In this document: piece after piece, positions 46,801-56,978 of the stretch | Layout: each line of letters begins with the position of its first letter | Position numbering within the stretch: position 1 is the stretch's first letter | Source: Fimicolochytrium jonesii | Taxonomy: Eukaryota | Length of the DNA: 64,000 nucleotides | Assembly: GCF_025526975.1 (NCBI RefSeq) | Contig: NW_026515681.1 | Coordinates: 1-64,000, forward strand | Reading direction: 5' to 3' | Notes under the pieces: model-generated | What the model was told of the DNA's origin: nothing | Databases searched by the model: none | What the model saw: the letters and a program-made list of their open reading frames with translations, nothing else | Position numbers and translations under genes: made by a program

Positions 46801-47178
46801 AATACGGACGGACCTGTGGATAACGGATTAGGGTCTGAGTCCACCTCAACACAGCCGCGTCCGCAAGACACGATCCAGCGGTCGCAAGACGCGGAAACGC
46901 AGGAAACACCGTCCGAGGCAGTACCGCAAGACGACACCCTTTCAAACAACCCCACCAAGCAGCGCACCGACCTCCCAGTCGCGGAGTTCCCAGACCCCAT
47001 CAGCAGCACATCCTTCCTCGCTCAATTCGCGTCCCAGTCATCAGGCGGAAAGCAGTTGGAAGCCGCGATTGCACCCTCGAGCCACACTGATTGGACACAG
47101 GCGCAGGATTTGTCGGAGCAGAGCGTGGAGACGCCGGAACTTGGAAAGAGTGAAATTGACAGGGTTGGCAAGCTTTGA
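43873..47178 (+). CDS. Large helical-repeat (PPR-like) protein with predicted mitochondrial presequence, 1101 aa
   Basis: Long ORF with an Arg-rich N-terminus. PPR-like units: NYMRCHAKNGDFEKAADMFREI and YSAVLTAYMHANDLANVRRFY. Confidence 0.72.
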   Translation: MRGAGLCRRAVFRRPSLSPSSRRLAPYQRISCARLTGATTAKRQVVPGDSRAYWRGITLPKTDVAPVEGRGQEGAVNASDGNRPIVGQEDAGGRLDEGSPSEPKHIHSGTSAEKKGSHNVTAAAYPPERADISPGNLSPSHSNESLQGSEEALAVMRSDEGSSSKPSHSVSSADNNVFDNVTAEATREGADTSAADITGSSSNEALLPSREILPDDKAAESSAEIAADIAGTAVNQVSVGPSDATENGESRQELVGGSKDTWADDTGMLTYPQSSEATATVADEAAKCTTGEAPKESIAKANSLNLLNRFRYELNTARLRRHHSTDLWSSFQALIPGKEYKLLAVPEFEWLLNRIRQDLGFKQLSLAERKESMTAVWNCYCKARFNPNLRLWNKFAKIFATYGMAEHLEKVYTYASNSGITFPEMTVRINYMRCHAKNGDFEKAADMFREIRQTRSFADIEQATDGYFRACVDNQNEEEMLRALEELREGAFPLETAYYHIIRFFALRDGIEGMERWIGLYREVMQKQPGPKITDFVLHIYKSAGLTEKAEYWEGEVRKTTEVLSQRANRTSLGGERLAGAVDVGHARPDASADASVPAQADDRSSSAGQPPAAAVPSHVTHAHRLADASVPGEPDTRSPSGRQPVAPRKDTTNPGPQRVPKIVATMSEISELKRLEAEIMQKRDFLLTTTELRTLFQKAHLPVHRSTFTMLIKRFKDSHNGQAAEAVLRWYVNSGLPVAEEQEYSAVLTAYMHANDLANVRRFYQLTLAEGKALHPDVQLGLMTLHKAAGSHRDALDVLRKSRIAKMDKGQVAGTYTFLRRKYGPHDDFVKEFARAMEPGYTPPDLERSDDMGVAGVSDAVPATKEPTHAAGNTEDGRHDAPKPKGPRVDPNDYVMRLGQRKSARARRAEKGKGLGASSPSPSTDITGISSVWPLDSLHDETATRPADVSATASVAQSHEIKHDETATSAASSDVNTDGPVDNGLGSESTSTQPRPQDTIQRSQDAETQETPSEAVPQDDTLSNNPTKQRTDLPVAEFPDPISSTSFLAQFASQSSGGKQLEAAIAPSSHTDWTQAQDLSEQSVETPELGKSEIDRVGKL

Positions 47179-47586
47179 TGAGATGAAGGGAGGAAATGAA
47201 CGTAGAGTCCGCCGACACTTCCGATTCCTCTGTACGCAGGAAGGAGGACGCGGGCGTAGAGGACAAACTGCAACTCGCCCGACTTGGTCACGCCCCCCTT
47301 CGGCTGCCGAGCGGGACGAGTGTGCACAACGAGCTTGACAAAGCGGGGAGCACATCGTCCGCCGAGGAGACGGTAGCGAACGCCAAACCGAGCTCCGAAT
47401 CCGCTGACGAAAGCATAAAAATCTGATATCACCGTTGAGCCCCACCGACGTTCAAGTTGGATGAGGTTCATCAGCGGAGTTCAAGGATAGGGCCTTATGG
47501 CCTTTGATGATTCCCCATTGTAGATACTGGAATGTACATGTACATGTAGCCAGATCACTTCCCGCGAATAGTTCCGAAGCCGGCGT

Positions 47587-48015
47587 ATGTCCCCGCGTCC
47601 GTGTCCAACCTACTGCCAAGAGTGCATTTCGGCCATTCGGGAAGAAAACTTTAATGTCCTCAAATGCCAAATGTGCACGGTACCCGCTCAAAGCGTCTTC
47701 CAAAACGAGCAACTGGAGGGCGTCGCTGAGCAGTTTTCGAAGCGAAAGGAGCTCACGTTGGCTTTCTTGGATTGGTATACTTTAATATGTCCAGCCATGA
47801 GCGCGGATCAATGCGTCCCACACAAAGGCCTCTCTGTTGCAGGGTGCAAAAACTGCATTCCATCCTTCCTACGGAAGTGGAAGAGAAGATCATATGATGT
47901 ACGTCCCAGGCCTGGAGTACTTCTCTCCACGATATTGTATCATTGTTGGGAATTGAATCCTGACACTTGTTCTTCAGCGCAATGTATTCACAAGGAGCTC
48001 AATGTAGAGTTCTGA
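47587..48015 (+). CDS. Possible small Cys-rich (zinc-binding-like) protein or exon
   Basis: 142-aa ORF with CQEC, CQMC and CKNC pairs; family not recognised. Confidence 0.3.
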   Translation: MSPRPCPTYCQECISAIREENFNVLKCQMCTVPAQSVFQNEQLEGVAEQFSKRKELTLAFLDWYTLICPAMSADQCVPHKGLSVAGCKNCIPSFLRKWKRRSYDVRPRPGVLLSTILYHCWELNPDTCSSAQCIHKELNVEF

Positions 48016-48060
48016 GTGCAGTCCTCCAGCTGTACACTGTACACTTTCATTCCAAGCATC

Positions 48061-48587
48061 TCATGCCTTCTCTGACTGAAGCTGGATCATGTCCAGTTTC
48101 GTTCCGGCAAGCTAGGAAATCGAATAGATATCAATGTCAGACATGAATCGTTGTCACACAAGGCTAGTCCTGCAGCACTCCGACTTTCAACTTCAACACT
48201 TGGTTTTCTGCTTCAAGCAGCCGCTGCTTTTCCACCATTTTTTTCATTTGTGAGGAATGTGCTTTGACATCGCTCGAGACCGATTCTATTTGGGATGATC
48301 TGTCAGCAGATGAACATAATCGGCCTTCTTGCGGATGACTCACCTGCGATCCAGGTAAGGTTCTCATAGACAAGGTCTGTATCCCCAAGATGTAGTGTTA
48401 TGCCTTGGGCTTCTTCCTGTTCTGGTGGATAATATGGTGCAGATACGGCACTTTGCGGCACGGCAGAAGCTCTCCGTGTTCGCCTGAAAGGTCCCGAATC
48501 CAAATCGGTTGAGGTGGGTGGCAGCTAATGGGTTGCTAATAATAAACATGACACGTACGGCTCTTGTAGTCGCGGCTGCTGCATCAT
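48061..48587 (-). CDS. Chibby-family small coiled-coil (basal body/cilium) protein, 4 predicted exons; last junction abnormal
   Basis: Spliced translation MMQQPRLQEP-RTRRAS...ITLHLGDTDLVYENLTWIA-ESV...RLLEAENQVLKLKVGVLQD resembles, from memory, Chibby LKFENGQWIAE and LEEENNLLRLKVDILLD. Introns start GTACGT and GTGAGT. Confidence 0.62.
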
Positions 48588-49295
48588 GCTTTCTCTTCGG
48601 AGCATTGCTACTAGTACGTACGGTGTGTGTTGCTTGCTTGTCGGGAGCACGTCGTTTTCCTTGTCGTTGGCGCTGTCCGTTGGGGAGTTTTCCGCCGATT
48701 ATTCACGCGTCGTTTGTCTTTTGGGGGTCGCCCACTCTGGAGGCAAGCGTCCCGTCCGCTAAAAGCACCCGCCGCCCCCCGCCGATCGATCCGCTGCGGT
48801 TCCTGCACAGCCCTATTAGCAGCGACCTACTATCATTGCGCTTCATAGAGCCGGTATTTACGGCTTTTATCTCGCTGTTGACCGCCTTCCTTTGGGCCCT
48901 TTCCTCGAGTCGAACGAAACCAATCTTCTCTGGGATAAGCTTGTTTCCGTTTGGCGGCAGCTGAGTTTGGACTAACAACAATATGCAGGTCGAATATAGG
49001 CATGAGGGAGGCGCTGACGCTACTGCCCCGGTTACGCCGCCGTAAACACCGCTCTCGTGGACCTTGCTCCCCGACTTTTACTCCCCACGCTCACCCTCAA
49101 GTTTTCCTATGGGAGTTTACGGAGAATTCATTTCTTTCGGATTAAAACCTGTCGTGGGAAGTTTGTCTACATATCTTCGCCACTCGCAGCATTCGATAGC
49201 TATCGGTGAACACTGTTCAGCCGCGGCAGCAATAGTTCTCGTTATCCTTGTGGAAAGTCTCCATTCGGCGGACATCTGCACACTACGGTCAAAGG

Positions 49296-51137
49296 ATGAA
49301 AGGCATCAAAATGGAAAACGTTCGCGTTGAGCGGCCGAGAGCGGCCAAGCTAGCAGCAAAGAGGGACCCATCGGAAAAACCAATGCATCCGGCAGTATGC
49401 GAGCGTCGGAAGTCGGTGTCATCCACCCGGCATCGGTCTCCCATCCGCACGCGGTCCTTTTCAGGGCACCTACCAGGCCCACCCAGGCGTTTATCGATTG
49501 ATATCGCCGAGAACGATGAGGAAGAGTCTGTCGCAGATACGTACCAACCTCCACGACCACCTGCAAAGTCACGGAGGCTGTTGGATGATAAGGAGGTGTG
49601 CTTGACACCAGCGGCGAATATCGCCTTGGAAGAAGAAACTTTCTTTGCCGTCGCTGCTGATGTCTCGCCCATATATCCCCATATTCACGACCGCCATAGG
49701 GAGGAGACGCAGAAGACTCCCGAGTCTCGATCCTATCAGACGCAGCAGCTGACGCCCACGAGTAATCTCAGAAAGCGCCAATCCGCAAATCCGCACCTCA
49801 AACCAGCCGTAGCGCCTCCACTGGTGAGCGTCACCGTCATCCCGCCGCCTATCCACCCGCCAGCCCTCTCGATCTCGTCAGAGCCTACCCTCCCTCTCCC
49901 AGGTCCCGCCACCTTCCCTCTCGACAAGCTCATATCGAGAGTATGCGACTACCAAGAACCTCCGGAAGGGATCTTCACACCCGAGCGCTCATCGCGGGAC
50001 GCATTACGCGCGTGGGCGTCCACGGTCCCACCCAACATCGACCTGGGCACCCTCCTGTGGAAGTATGAGAACGAGCTGCTGGGCCAGACCCAGAGGCGCG
50101 CCACAAGGGCGATGATTGGAACCGTGCGGGATGTGCGGATCGTGTCCGTGACGGGCGGCGTGGCGGGCTTGACACTCGCCGCACGCACGGAGTTGAAGGC
50201 GAAAGCAAACCTGGCCTACCTCATAACGCAGGGGTATATCACCAATCCCAATCTTCCTTCGGACACGGAGCAAGACGAAAACGATGCTAATGACGATACA
50301 CCAGTACAAAAACACGTCCACGTCAGCGCAACAACTGGCCCCGGCCCATCCTCCCGCCCCGCCCCACAGTTCAGGGACCCCTCCCACTCTGACTCCACCA
50401 CCTTCTCACCCCCACACCTGCGCCATTACACAGCGACACCCCGCATGCAACACATCTCGCATAACCGTACCCTCTCCCCGTCCGCGAGAGGTACGCCGTG
50501 TATGCCCCACGCGCGGATGTGGCCGTCCAGTAGTTCGTGCAGGGCTTCCTCGTTCTCGGGTCCTAGTACGGCCCCCGTAGAAGATGACTACATCGCCGTG
50601 CCAGCAGACACCACAGACCCCGCCATGCACGATACCACCGCCACCAACCCCGTACTGCCACACCAACAGTATCGTCATCACCAGCATATGTACCCCCAAT
50701 ACGATCTCCCATCGCATGGGCAGCAGCAGCAGCAGCAAGAAGCACCTGTTCATTTCGAGCATCATCAGCATCATCATCAGCAGCATTTCCACCAGCAGCA
50801 GCAGCAACAGCAGCACCATCGACGCCACGTATATCACCAACATCACCCACAACACCCGCACCACACTCAACACCATCAACAACAATACATCTACCCCCTC
50901 CCATCCCACGACGACGCCTTCGTCAACGCGTACCCATCCCCGTCCGAATACCTCGCCGCGTCCCACCACGCCACCCATCAAGGGCATTCAGAGATCGACA
51001 CAGACGCGGTGGGAGACGATGATGGGAGTTGGGTGATACCCGCAAACTCGCCGATGCAGACGGCAACGGACGTCGGAGCGTTGCCTCCCCCGCCGCCGCC
51101 GACGGTCCCGACGCAGGGCGTGAATGTGTGGGCTTAG
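49296..51137 (+). CDS. Hypothetical protein, Pro-rich with His/Gln-rich C-terminal region (start uncertain)
   Basis: ORF of over 600 codons with a short predicted-globular core (FPLDKLISRV...NLAYLITQGYI), followed by an AT-rich 3' region. Confidence 0.6.
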   Translation: MKGIKMENVRVERPRAAKLAAKRDPSEKPMHPAVCERRKSVSSTRHRSPIRTRSFSGHLPGPPRRLSIDIAENDEEESVADTYQPPRPPAKSRRLLDDKEVCLTPAANIALEEETFFAVAADVSPIYPHIHDRHREETQKTPESRSYQTQQLTPTSNLRKRQSANPHLKPAVAPPLVSVTVIPPPIHPPALSISSEPTLPLPGPATFPLDKLISRVCDYQEPPEGIFTPERSSRDALRAWASTVPPNIDLGTLLWKYENELLGQTQRRATRAMIGTVRDVRIVSVTGGVAGLTLAARTELKAKANLAYLITQGYITNPNLPSDTEQDENDANDDTPVQKHVHVSATTGPGPSSRPAPQFRDPSHSDSTTFSPPHLRHYTATPRMQHISHNRTLSPSARGTPCMPHARMWPSSSSCRASSFSGPSTAPVEDDYIAVPADTTDPAMHDTTATNPVLPHQQYRHHQHMYPQYDLPSHGQQQQQQEAPVHFEHHQHHHQQHFHQQQQQQQHHRRHVYHQHHPQHPHHTQHHQQQYIYPLPSHDDAFVNAYPSPSEYLAASHHATHQGHSEIDTDAVGDDDGSWVIPANSPMQTATDVGALPPPPPPTVPTQGVNVWA

Positions 51138-52006
51138 CGTACAGAGGAGCCCTACTGTGTCAACAATTACCTCCTGTCTCGGCCTTAACTTCGTAGTTGC
51201 TCGTCTCGTCCATCACCTCCCTTACCTTTTTTTTGGGGGGTTTTGTTTTGGGCTTTTTTTTATAACATTTTCTCAGCTTTTTTGGATCAAACAATTTCAC
51301 ATTATCTCGTCTCGCTCGCATAACATCCTCACAAATAACATTCAGGTTTCTGCACACTTTCCCAACTTCATCCATATCTCGCAAAATAGCCTCATTATCA
51401 AAGAAAAAAACAAGACCACAAAATAAACATTATTTTCTAAACACAAAAAACAAAAGGCGGCATCACCGCGCTCGACGAAAAGGTCTAACCAGAAGCAACT
51501 AGGGGGAAGCAAAATAAAACTAACAAACCAGGGTGTGTGTATAAGATTGTACAGGATGTGAAGGTATCGCAAAGGTATAAGAGGGGGGGTAAAACGTAAA
51601 ATCATGTACAGGGTGTGAATGACCAAGGAAAAAAAAGAGGTAATCAAAAATAAGAAAGAGAGGGGGAGTGAATCCGGTGAAAATTACGGCAACAAGAGTC
51701 CGTTTTGGACTTGAAAGGAGTGTCCATACGCCAGAGAAAGGATTCTGCTTGGGGGGAAGGGGATGTCGAATTGATTGGGGTGCAGGTGTGGCAGCGTGTG
51801 TTTCGCGTGTTGTATGGAGTGTGTCGCAGTTCAGTCTTGGGGTTTGGGATGGTTATGTGAAAGGGCGAGGCGGTCTGCCGACGGGGGGTGGCCAGGGGGT
51901 CGCATATGAGGCTCTCGTTTCTGTTTTGCGACCTCCCTAGCCGGGTGAGAGGGGTCAAGCTTGCTCGGAGATAACATGGCTTCCGGTCTCGAATTCCATC
52001 CCCAGT

Positions 52007-54187
52007 TCATCGAACCCCTTCATCCCTCCTCCTCCCCTCGCCATATCTCGCGTCGTGTCCGTGTCCGTGTCCGTAATGCAACTGTGCAGGCAGGCTCCCG
52101 GGCGCAGGCACAAACCCATGCACGCGTTTCCACAGCGTCTTGAACTTCCTCGACGCCGTAGACGAGACCGAGCTTCGCCGCGACGACGAGGTCAAAGTAC
52201 TTGCCGGTGCCGCCGCTGCTGATGTGACGACATTGCTCGAGTGCTCAGCCCGCCAGTCGGCTTCTACAGGATTGTAAATACAGTACCGGTTCCCAACCTG
52301 GTGGTGGGACCGCGCGAGATGGTAATTGGCGTACAGCGCGGGCCGGGAGACGCCTGTTTGCGCGGCCCAGACGTCAGCGTCCACATCGTCGCGGTCCTCG
52401 TCTTCAGATTCGGTGGTGTCCGTGTCGTCGCGCGCTGTTTCCGTCTCTGTCTCGTCATCCAGATCGTCGTCGTCGTAGGTGCGGAGATGCGGTTCCGAGA
52501 AGGATTTGCGGAGGGGGATGTTGTCCACTCTGATCGCCGTGCGCATGCTCAGGGAGTCCAGTTCACGGATCAGGTCCCGTTCTTCGTCTTCGTGCTGATG
52601 CGCGGCGCCTAACATTGTGTGGCCGTCCCCGTTTCGTTCGTCTTCTCGCGCGTACGGGTCGCTATCCTCGCTGCGGATATAGATCGTCGAGCCCGATCTG
52701 GGTGATGAGCTGGCCCCGCTGGAGGATTCGGCGAGGGCGAGCTGCGAGTCTTTCAGGCTTGCGAGGACTTGGGCGTACGAGGACCCGGGCGCGAGTGCTT
52801 CTGCGACTGTTTCGGGTGAGACGTCTTTGATGACGACAGATGTGCGGGATTCGTAGATTTTGCTGCGGGACCGGGGACCGGGGTGGGCAATTGGGACTCG
52901 TGGGACGGGCGGTGGCATGTGGCCGTCGTCGGAGAAAGAGGGCTTTGATTTGAGACGGAGAGCGAGGGTTGAGATGCTACGGCGGAGTTTCTGGAAGGCT
53001 TTGGTCACTGGTGGAGCTTTCTTCTTTGATGACTTGACAATGATTGCGGCGTCATACGGTCGTTGAGGGTTGGGAACTGCGCCAACGGTTTTGCTCCTCT
53101 CTGTGAGAGAAATTCCCTGGTTCGGTACTTGATCAGGAACCCAACGGAGAGCGGGATATTCGACAACACTTCGAGGCTCCGAAGGACGGCGGCTAGACGC
53201 CAGCATGCTAGGCAACCGGACCGCAGTAGGGACAATCGGCTCATCGATGGTATTGAACACCCGGGAATCATTATCCAGCGATGTGTCTAGACTATGAAGA
53301 TCCAAGGAATTCGTCAGGAGCATTTGTCCCGACGGATACGTCGTAGGTGGGACGAGCGTCTTCAGCAACACAATGTTCGCGACTGGTTGCTGCAAATGCA
53401 CCGAATGCTTGGACGACACCGAACTCCGCCTGCTTTGCTCCTGTTGCAGCTGAAACATATGCTGCTGTTGCGCTGCCAGATCCCGCAGTTGGTCTTCCAA
53501 GGTCCCATGAGCTTCGACGGATCCGATCGCGCCAGCAGCTGGTATCGCTTCCAAACCTCGCGGAGGTTGGACCACTTCCACCTTTCTGTCTGACGCGGTA
53601 ACCGAGACGTCCCCATCACCGCCACCGCCCATCAGACTCTTCAAAGTCGGTCGGCGCCGTGGGGAATCGATAGATGTGCCTGCACTGAAACTTCGAAAAC
53701 TCCTAGCTGCCAAGCTCGCTGACCTTTTCGGGACCATGTTCTGGGAGGACACAGAGGGCCGCGGGGACGTTGACCGCTGTGGAGAGAACTCGGGCCCCGA
53801 TTGAAGGAATATGGGCGGAGCGTTGCCGTAATGAATCATCTCCGGCTGGGTTCGCGCGGTCCTCATGCTTACGAGACTGGACGATCGTCGCGGGAGGTAG
53901 AATTCCTCCATGTCTCCACCTTCACCAGTTCCCCTGCGTCGTTTCGCCAAAGGCCGACCGGCGGCTAGGTCCCGCAAAGCTTGTCTGCATTGATCCACAA
54001 ATGCAGGCCGTCGTCGAAGATCGGGGAGGGATGACAGGTTGTGCAGGAAGCGCTCCCGATAATGCGCCCGCATTGCATTCAGATCGTCGTAGTCCGCTCG
54101 GTCTCCATATTCGTAGAGGGATCGTCTTGTGGTCTCTGGGGCAGGCGGTTCCGGAGGGCGGCCAGCCCGATTCAAGGGTCCTGACAT
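52007..54187 (-). CDS. Hypothetical Ser/Arg-rich, largely disordered protein, 726 aa
   Basis: Long ATG-initiated ORF with many RRxS motifs; no recognised domain. Confidence 0.65.
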   Translation of the reverse strand: MSGPLNRAGRPPEPPAPETTRRSLYEYGDRADYDDLNAMRAHYRERFLHNLSSLPDLRRRPAFVDQCRQALRDLAAGRPLAKRRRGTGEGGDMEEFYLPRRSSSLVSMRTARTQPEMIHYGNAPPIFLQSGPEFSPQRSTSPRPSVSSQNMVPKRSASLAARSFRSFSAGTSIDSPRRRPTLKSLMGGGGDGDVSVTASDRKVEVVQPPRGLEAIPAAGAIGSVEAHGTLEDQLRDLAAQQQHMFQLQQEQSRRSSVSSKHSVHLQQPVANIVLLKTLVPPTTYPSGQMLLTNSLDLHSLDTSLDNDSRVFNTIDEPIVPTAVRLPSMLASSRRPSEPRSVVEYPALRWVPDQVPNQGISLTERSKTVGAVPNPQRPYDAAIIVKSSKKKAPPVTKAFQKLRRSISTLALRLKSKPSFSDDGHMPPPVPRVPIAHPGPRSRSKIYESRTSVVIKDVSPETVAEALAPGSSYAQVLASLKDSQLALAESSSGASSSPRSGSTIYIRSEDSDPYAREDERNGDGHTMLGAAHQHEDEERDLIRELDSLSMRTAIRVDNIPLRKSFSEPHLRTYDDDDLDDETETETARDDTDTTESEDEDRDDVDADVWAAQTGVSRPALYANYHLARSHHQVGNRYCIYNPVEADWRAEHSSNVVTSAAAAPASTLTSSSRRSSVSSTASRKFKTLWKRVHGFVPAPGSLPAQLHYGHGHGHDARYGEGRRRDEGVR

Positions 54188-55299
54188 GACTGTTGGCTCG
54201 GTGTGAGGTCTCAGAGAAGTAGGCTAGCGCCCTGCGACCGTAGTCGACTTGCCCGCTTCCAAGATCAACCCGTGACCTTGCACCGCTGTGACCTGGTAGC
54301 GGATAGAGCTGTGATGACCGGTGTCGGTGTGGGCGGGTGGAATTTTGGCAGTTACCGTCTTTCTCACGGAAGCTTCTCGTTCTGCGCTAACGATTCACCT
54401 CGAGTGGAGCAGTAAACTACGACTGACGAAACCTACGTAACACTCGTGGTCGACGATCTAGCGGCGGGCCCCTGTGACTGCTATACCAAAGACTCTGAAT
54501 CTGCAGGCAGACGAAGCCAAGCAGCGTGCCAGCATCGATAGGACGACGGTGGTGACCCCAGGGGGGTCTTCGGAACAGGGGAATGTTTTAGAAGTAGCAC
54601 AACCCCTGGTCACATCTGGTGGAATAGTATTTACTGTACTACTAGTACCACCGGGATGATGTGCACCACCACCTGCATGCATGCCACAGCCCATGTGCGT
54701 TCTGGAATTCATAATGCGAAGTTGGGGACGCCTCTGCGGGAAGGTGTGATTTGCACAGGGCCTTCGCGTCAAGATGTTTCTCGTGCGCGCGTTGGTGTGT
54801 ACCGATACGGCATGCTTCTACAACCGCATAGCCGCACCATCGTTGCACTGTTGGGAATCCTTCCTTCGCTCTACACCACCATTCCCTGGGTGTCTTTTTC
54901 GACGTCGGTGTCTGCCCAAACGCTGCCAAAAAGCGCCGTCGTCTACGTCAAGTCGGTATGTGAAAGAGCCTCATGGACGATGGATCTGCTTGCATTGTGG
55001 GGTAGTAATCGATGGACCACAAGGGACGACGAACGATCCCATGTTCCGGACTTTTTCGCCAGCTTGCGTCCGTTTATCCCACCGTTTCTTGCAGAGCGTA
55101 TCCAGCAATGCCCAGTGTCTTCCTTTCCTCCTCTCTTTTCCGTTGTCAGGTCCGCAGTTGAAGGAAGGCTCAGTTACTTCGTACGCATGTCCATCAGAGG
55201 GAATGCACGATTGGGCGAAAGGAAGTTAGATGTCATCCAGTATGCATTGTATTACATGTGAACAAAGTATTTCTCCATTTACACCCGCGACAAAGCTTT

Positions 55300-56396
55300 C
55301 TAGCTGATATCCATAGCATCGCCATCCAGCACATCGACGTATTTGCGGAAGTCGCTCGTGAGCACAGCTGCAGATGAAAATTCTAAATGTCAGAAATCAT
55401 ATCCAAGTGGACCTAATTCGCGCAAGAAAAAAAACCTACTCGTTGTGCCAGGCGCAAACTTGTAACTCCTCTCCTTCTTGACTCTTTCGTTGGGCTGGCT
55501 GTAGCCTCGCCTGTAGTCTACGCCGTCCTTGGTGATGACGCAGAGGTCTACGTTGCTTCCGGAACCGAGGTCGTTGAAGACACCGGCGCTGATGGCGTCT
55601 TTTACCAGTTCCATTGCCTCCTCGAGCTATGAACAGATTCCATCAATCAGTTGGCCATTCCGCAAGCCGATCCAACGGAGATGAATCGTACCTCCATATC
55701 CTTCTTCCATCGCGACTCGAATATCGCCATGGCAGCAAGCGATCCAGACCCCATCGTCACAAACGGGAGCTTATCGGTACTTCCATGCGGCGCAATCGTA
55801 TACAGCTGCGGCCCATTGATATCAAACCCCCCCAATACCAGCGCACACCCAATGTGCCCCTGGTACCTGTACAGCATCTGCTTCAGCATAGTCATAGCCG
55901 TGACGACGCGCGATTGGCGGCCCGTTTGCAGGCGGTGGAGTTCGAGTTTGGAGGAGATGAGGCCGGTGGTGGCGTCGCAGTCGGCGGCTGTGCCGGCACC
56001 GCAGCAGTACATGTTCGGGGCGAGGTAGTGGATCTTTTCGCAGTTTTTGTCGGCGACGATGGGACCTTCTGTTGCACGCGTGTCGGCTCCGAGGACGAGG
56101 CCGCCCTGTATGCCCATGAGGGTTTATTTTCAGAACAGAACTCCGCTATCTGTGAGACGCAATGAGTTCAAGATCCCTCACCTTCCAGATACACCCACAA
56201 ATCGTCGTTCCCGTCTTTGTCAAACCAGGGGCCTTCATTCCCTTCTCCTGAAGCACATGGTTCCTAATGGGCGGATGGCAAACGCTCTTAGTCTGAGCTG
56301 CCTCCCGTGCTTTTTCTCCCACTAGCCAGCCACCCACCTCTGGTAGTTGTCAAAGTTGAAGCCGCCCTTCGGCAGCTGGACGTTATTGATAGGCAT
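55300..56396 (-). CDS. PUP1: 20S proteasome subunit beta2 (multi-exon)
   Basis: Propeptide [16 protein letters not shown] cleavage site, [50 protein letters not shown]. Confidence 0.96.
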
Positions 56397-56800
56397 CGTA
56401 GGAACGACTGAGATTTCGCGAGGATTAAGGAAGTTGATCTTGAGCACTTCTACTTCAAACAAACGACGCTCCGTCCTTACCTTGGTGGAATGATCTGAGA
56501 TGCGGCCCGGGACTTGTTGGGCTTGAAGGGACAGCTGCAGGCTACCTTTCCGCTAAGTGGTCTGTCGGTTCGATGTTAGGAGAGGTCACAATTGGCAAGC
56601 CAGAACGGTGTTGTTTTGAGGTTGCGCGTGAGTTGATTGATACCTTCGTCACCTACTTGATGGCGGACGTCTCAGACTAAGGGAAAACGGGCCCGCAAAA
56701 GCGCACTGGTGTTTAGCATCGCTAATCAAACGCAGCAAGAATCGCAGCGTCGCGGTTCAATCATTTCCACGACGCGTGAGAAAACGCTCTGGAACGTTTC

Positions 56801-56948
56801 GACCGACATCGTGCGGAGCACTTCCTAGAAATTCTCCCACGGGCAGGATTGAAAGGGAAGCACGAAAACCTAGACGGACATCGTGCGGAGCACTTCCTAG
56901 AAATTCTCCCACGGGCAGGATTGAAAGGGAAGCACGAAAACCCAGACG
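56801..56948. repeat. 72-bp tandem duplication in the divergent promoter region
   Basis: GACATCGTGCGGAGCACTTCCTAGAAATTCTCCCACGGGCAGGATTGAAAGGGAAGCACGAAAACC occurs at 56805 and 56877. Confidence 0.95.
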
Positions 56949-56978
56949 TTGGCAGTACAAGGACGTATATAGGCCTCG

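Noticed and set aside
54200..55260. ORFs of 95-201 aa between the hypothetical gene and proteasome beta2
   Set aside because: Overlapping on both strands with no motifs; likely promoter/UTR.
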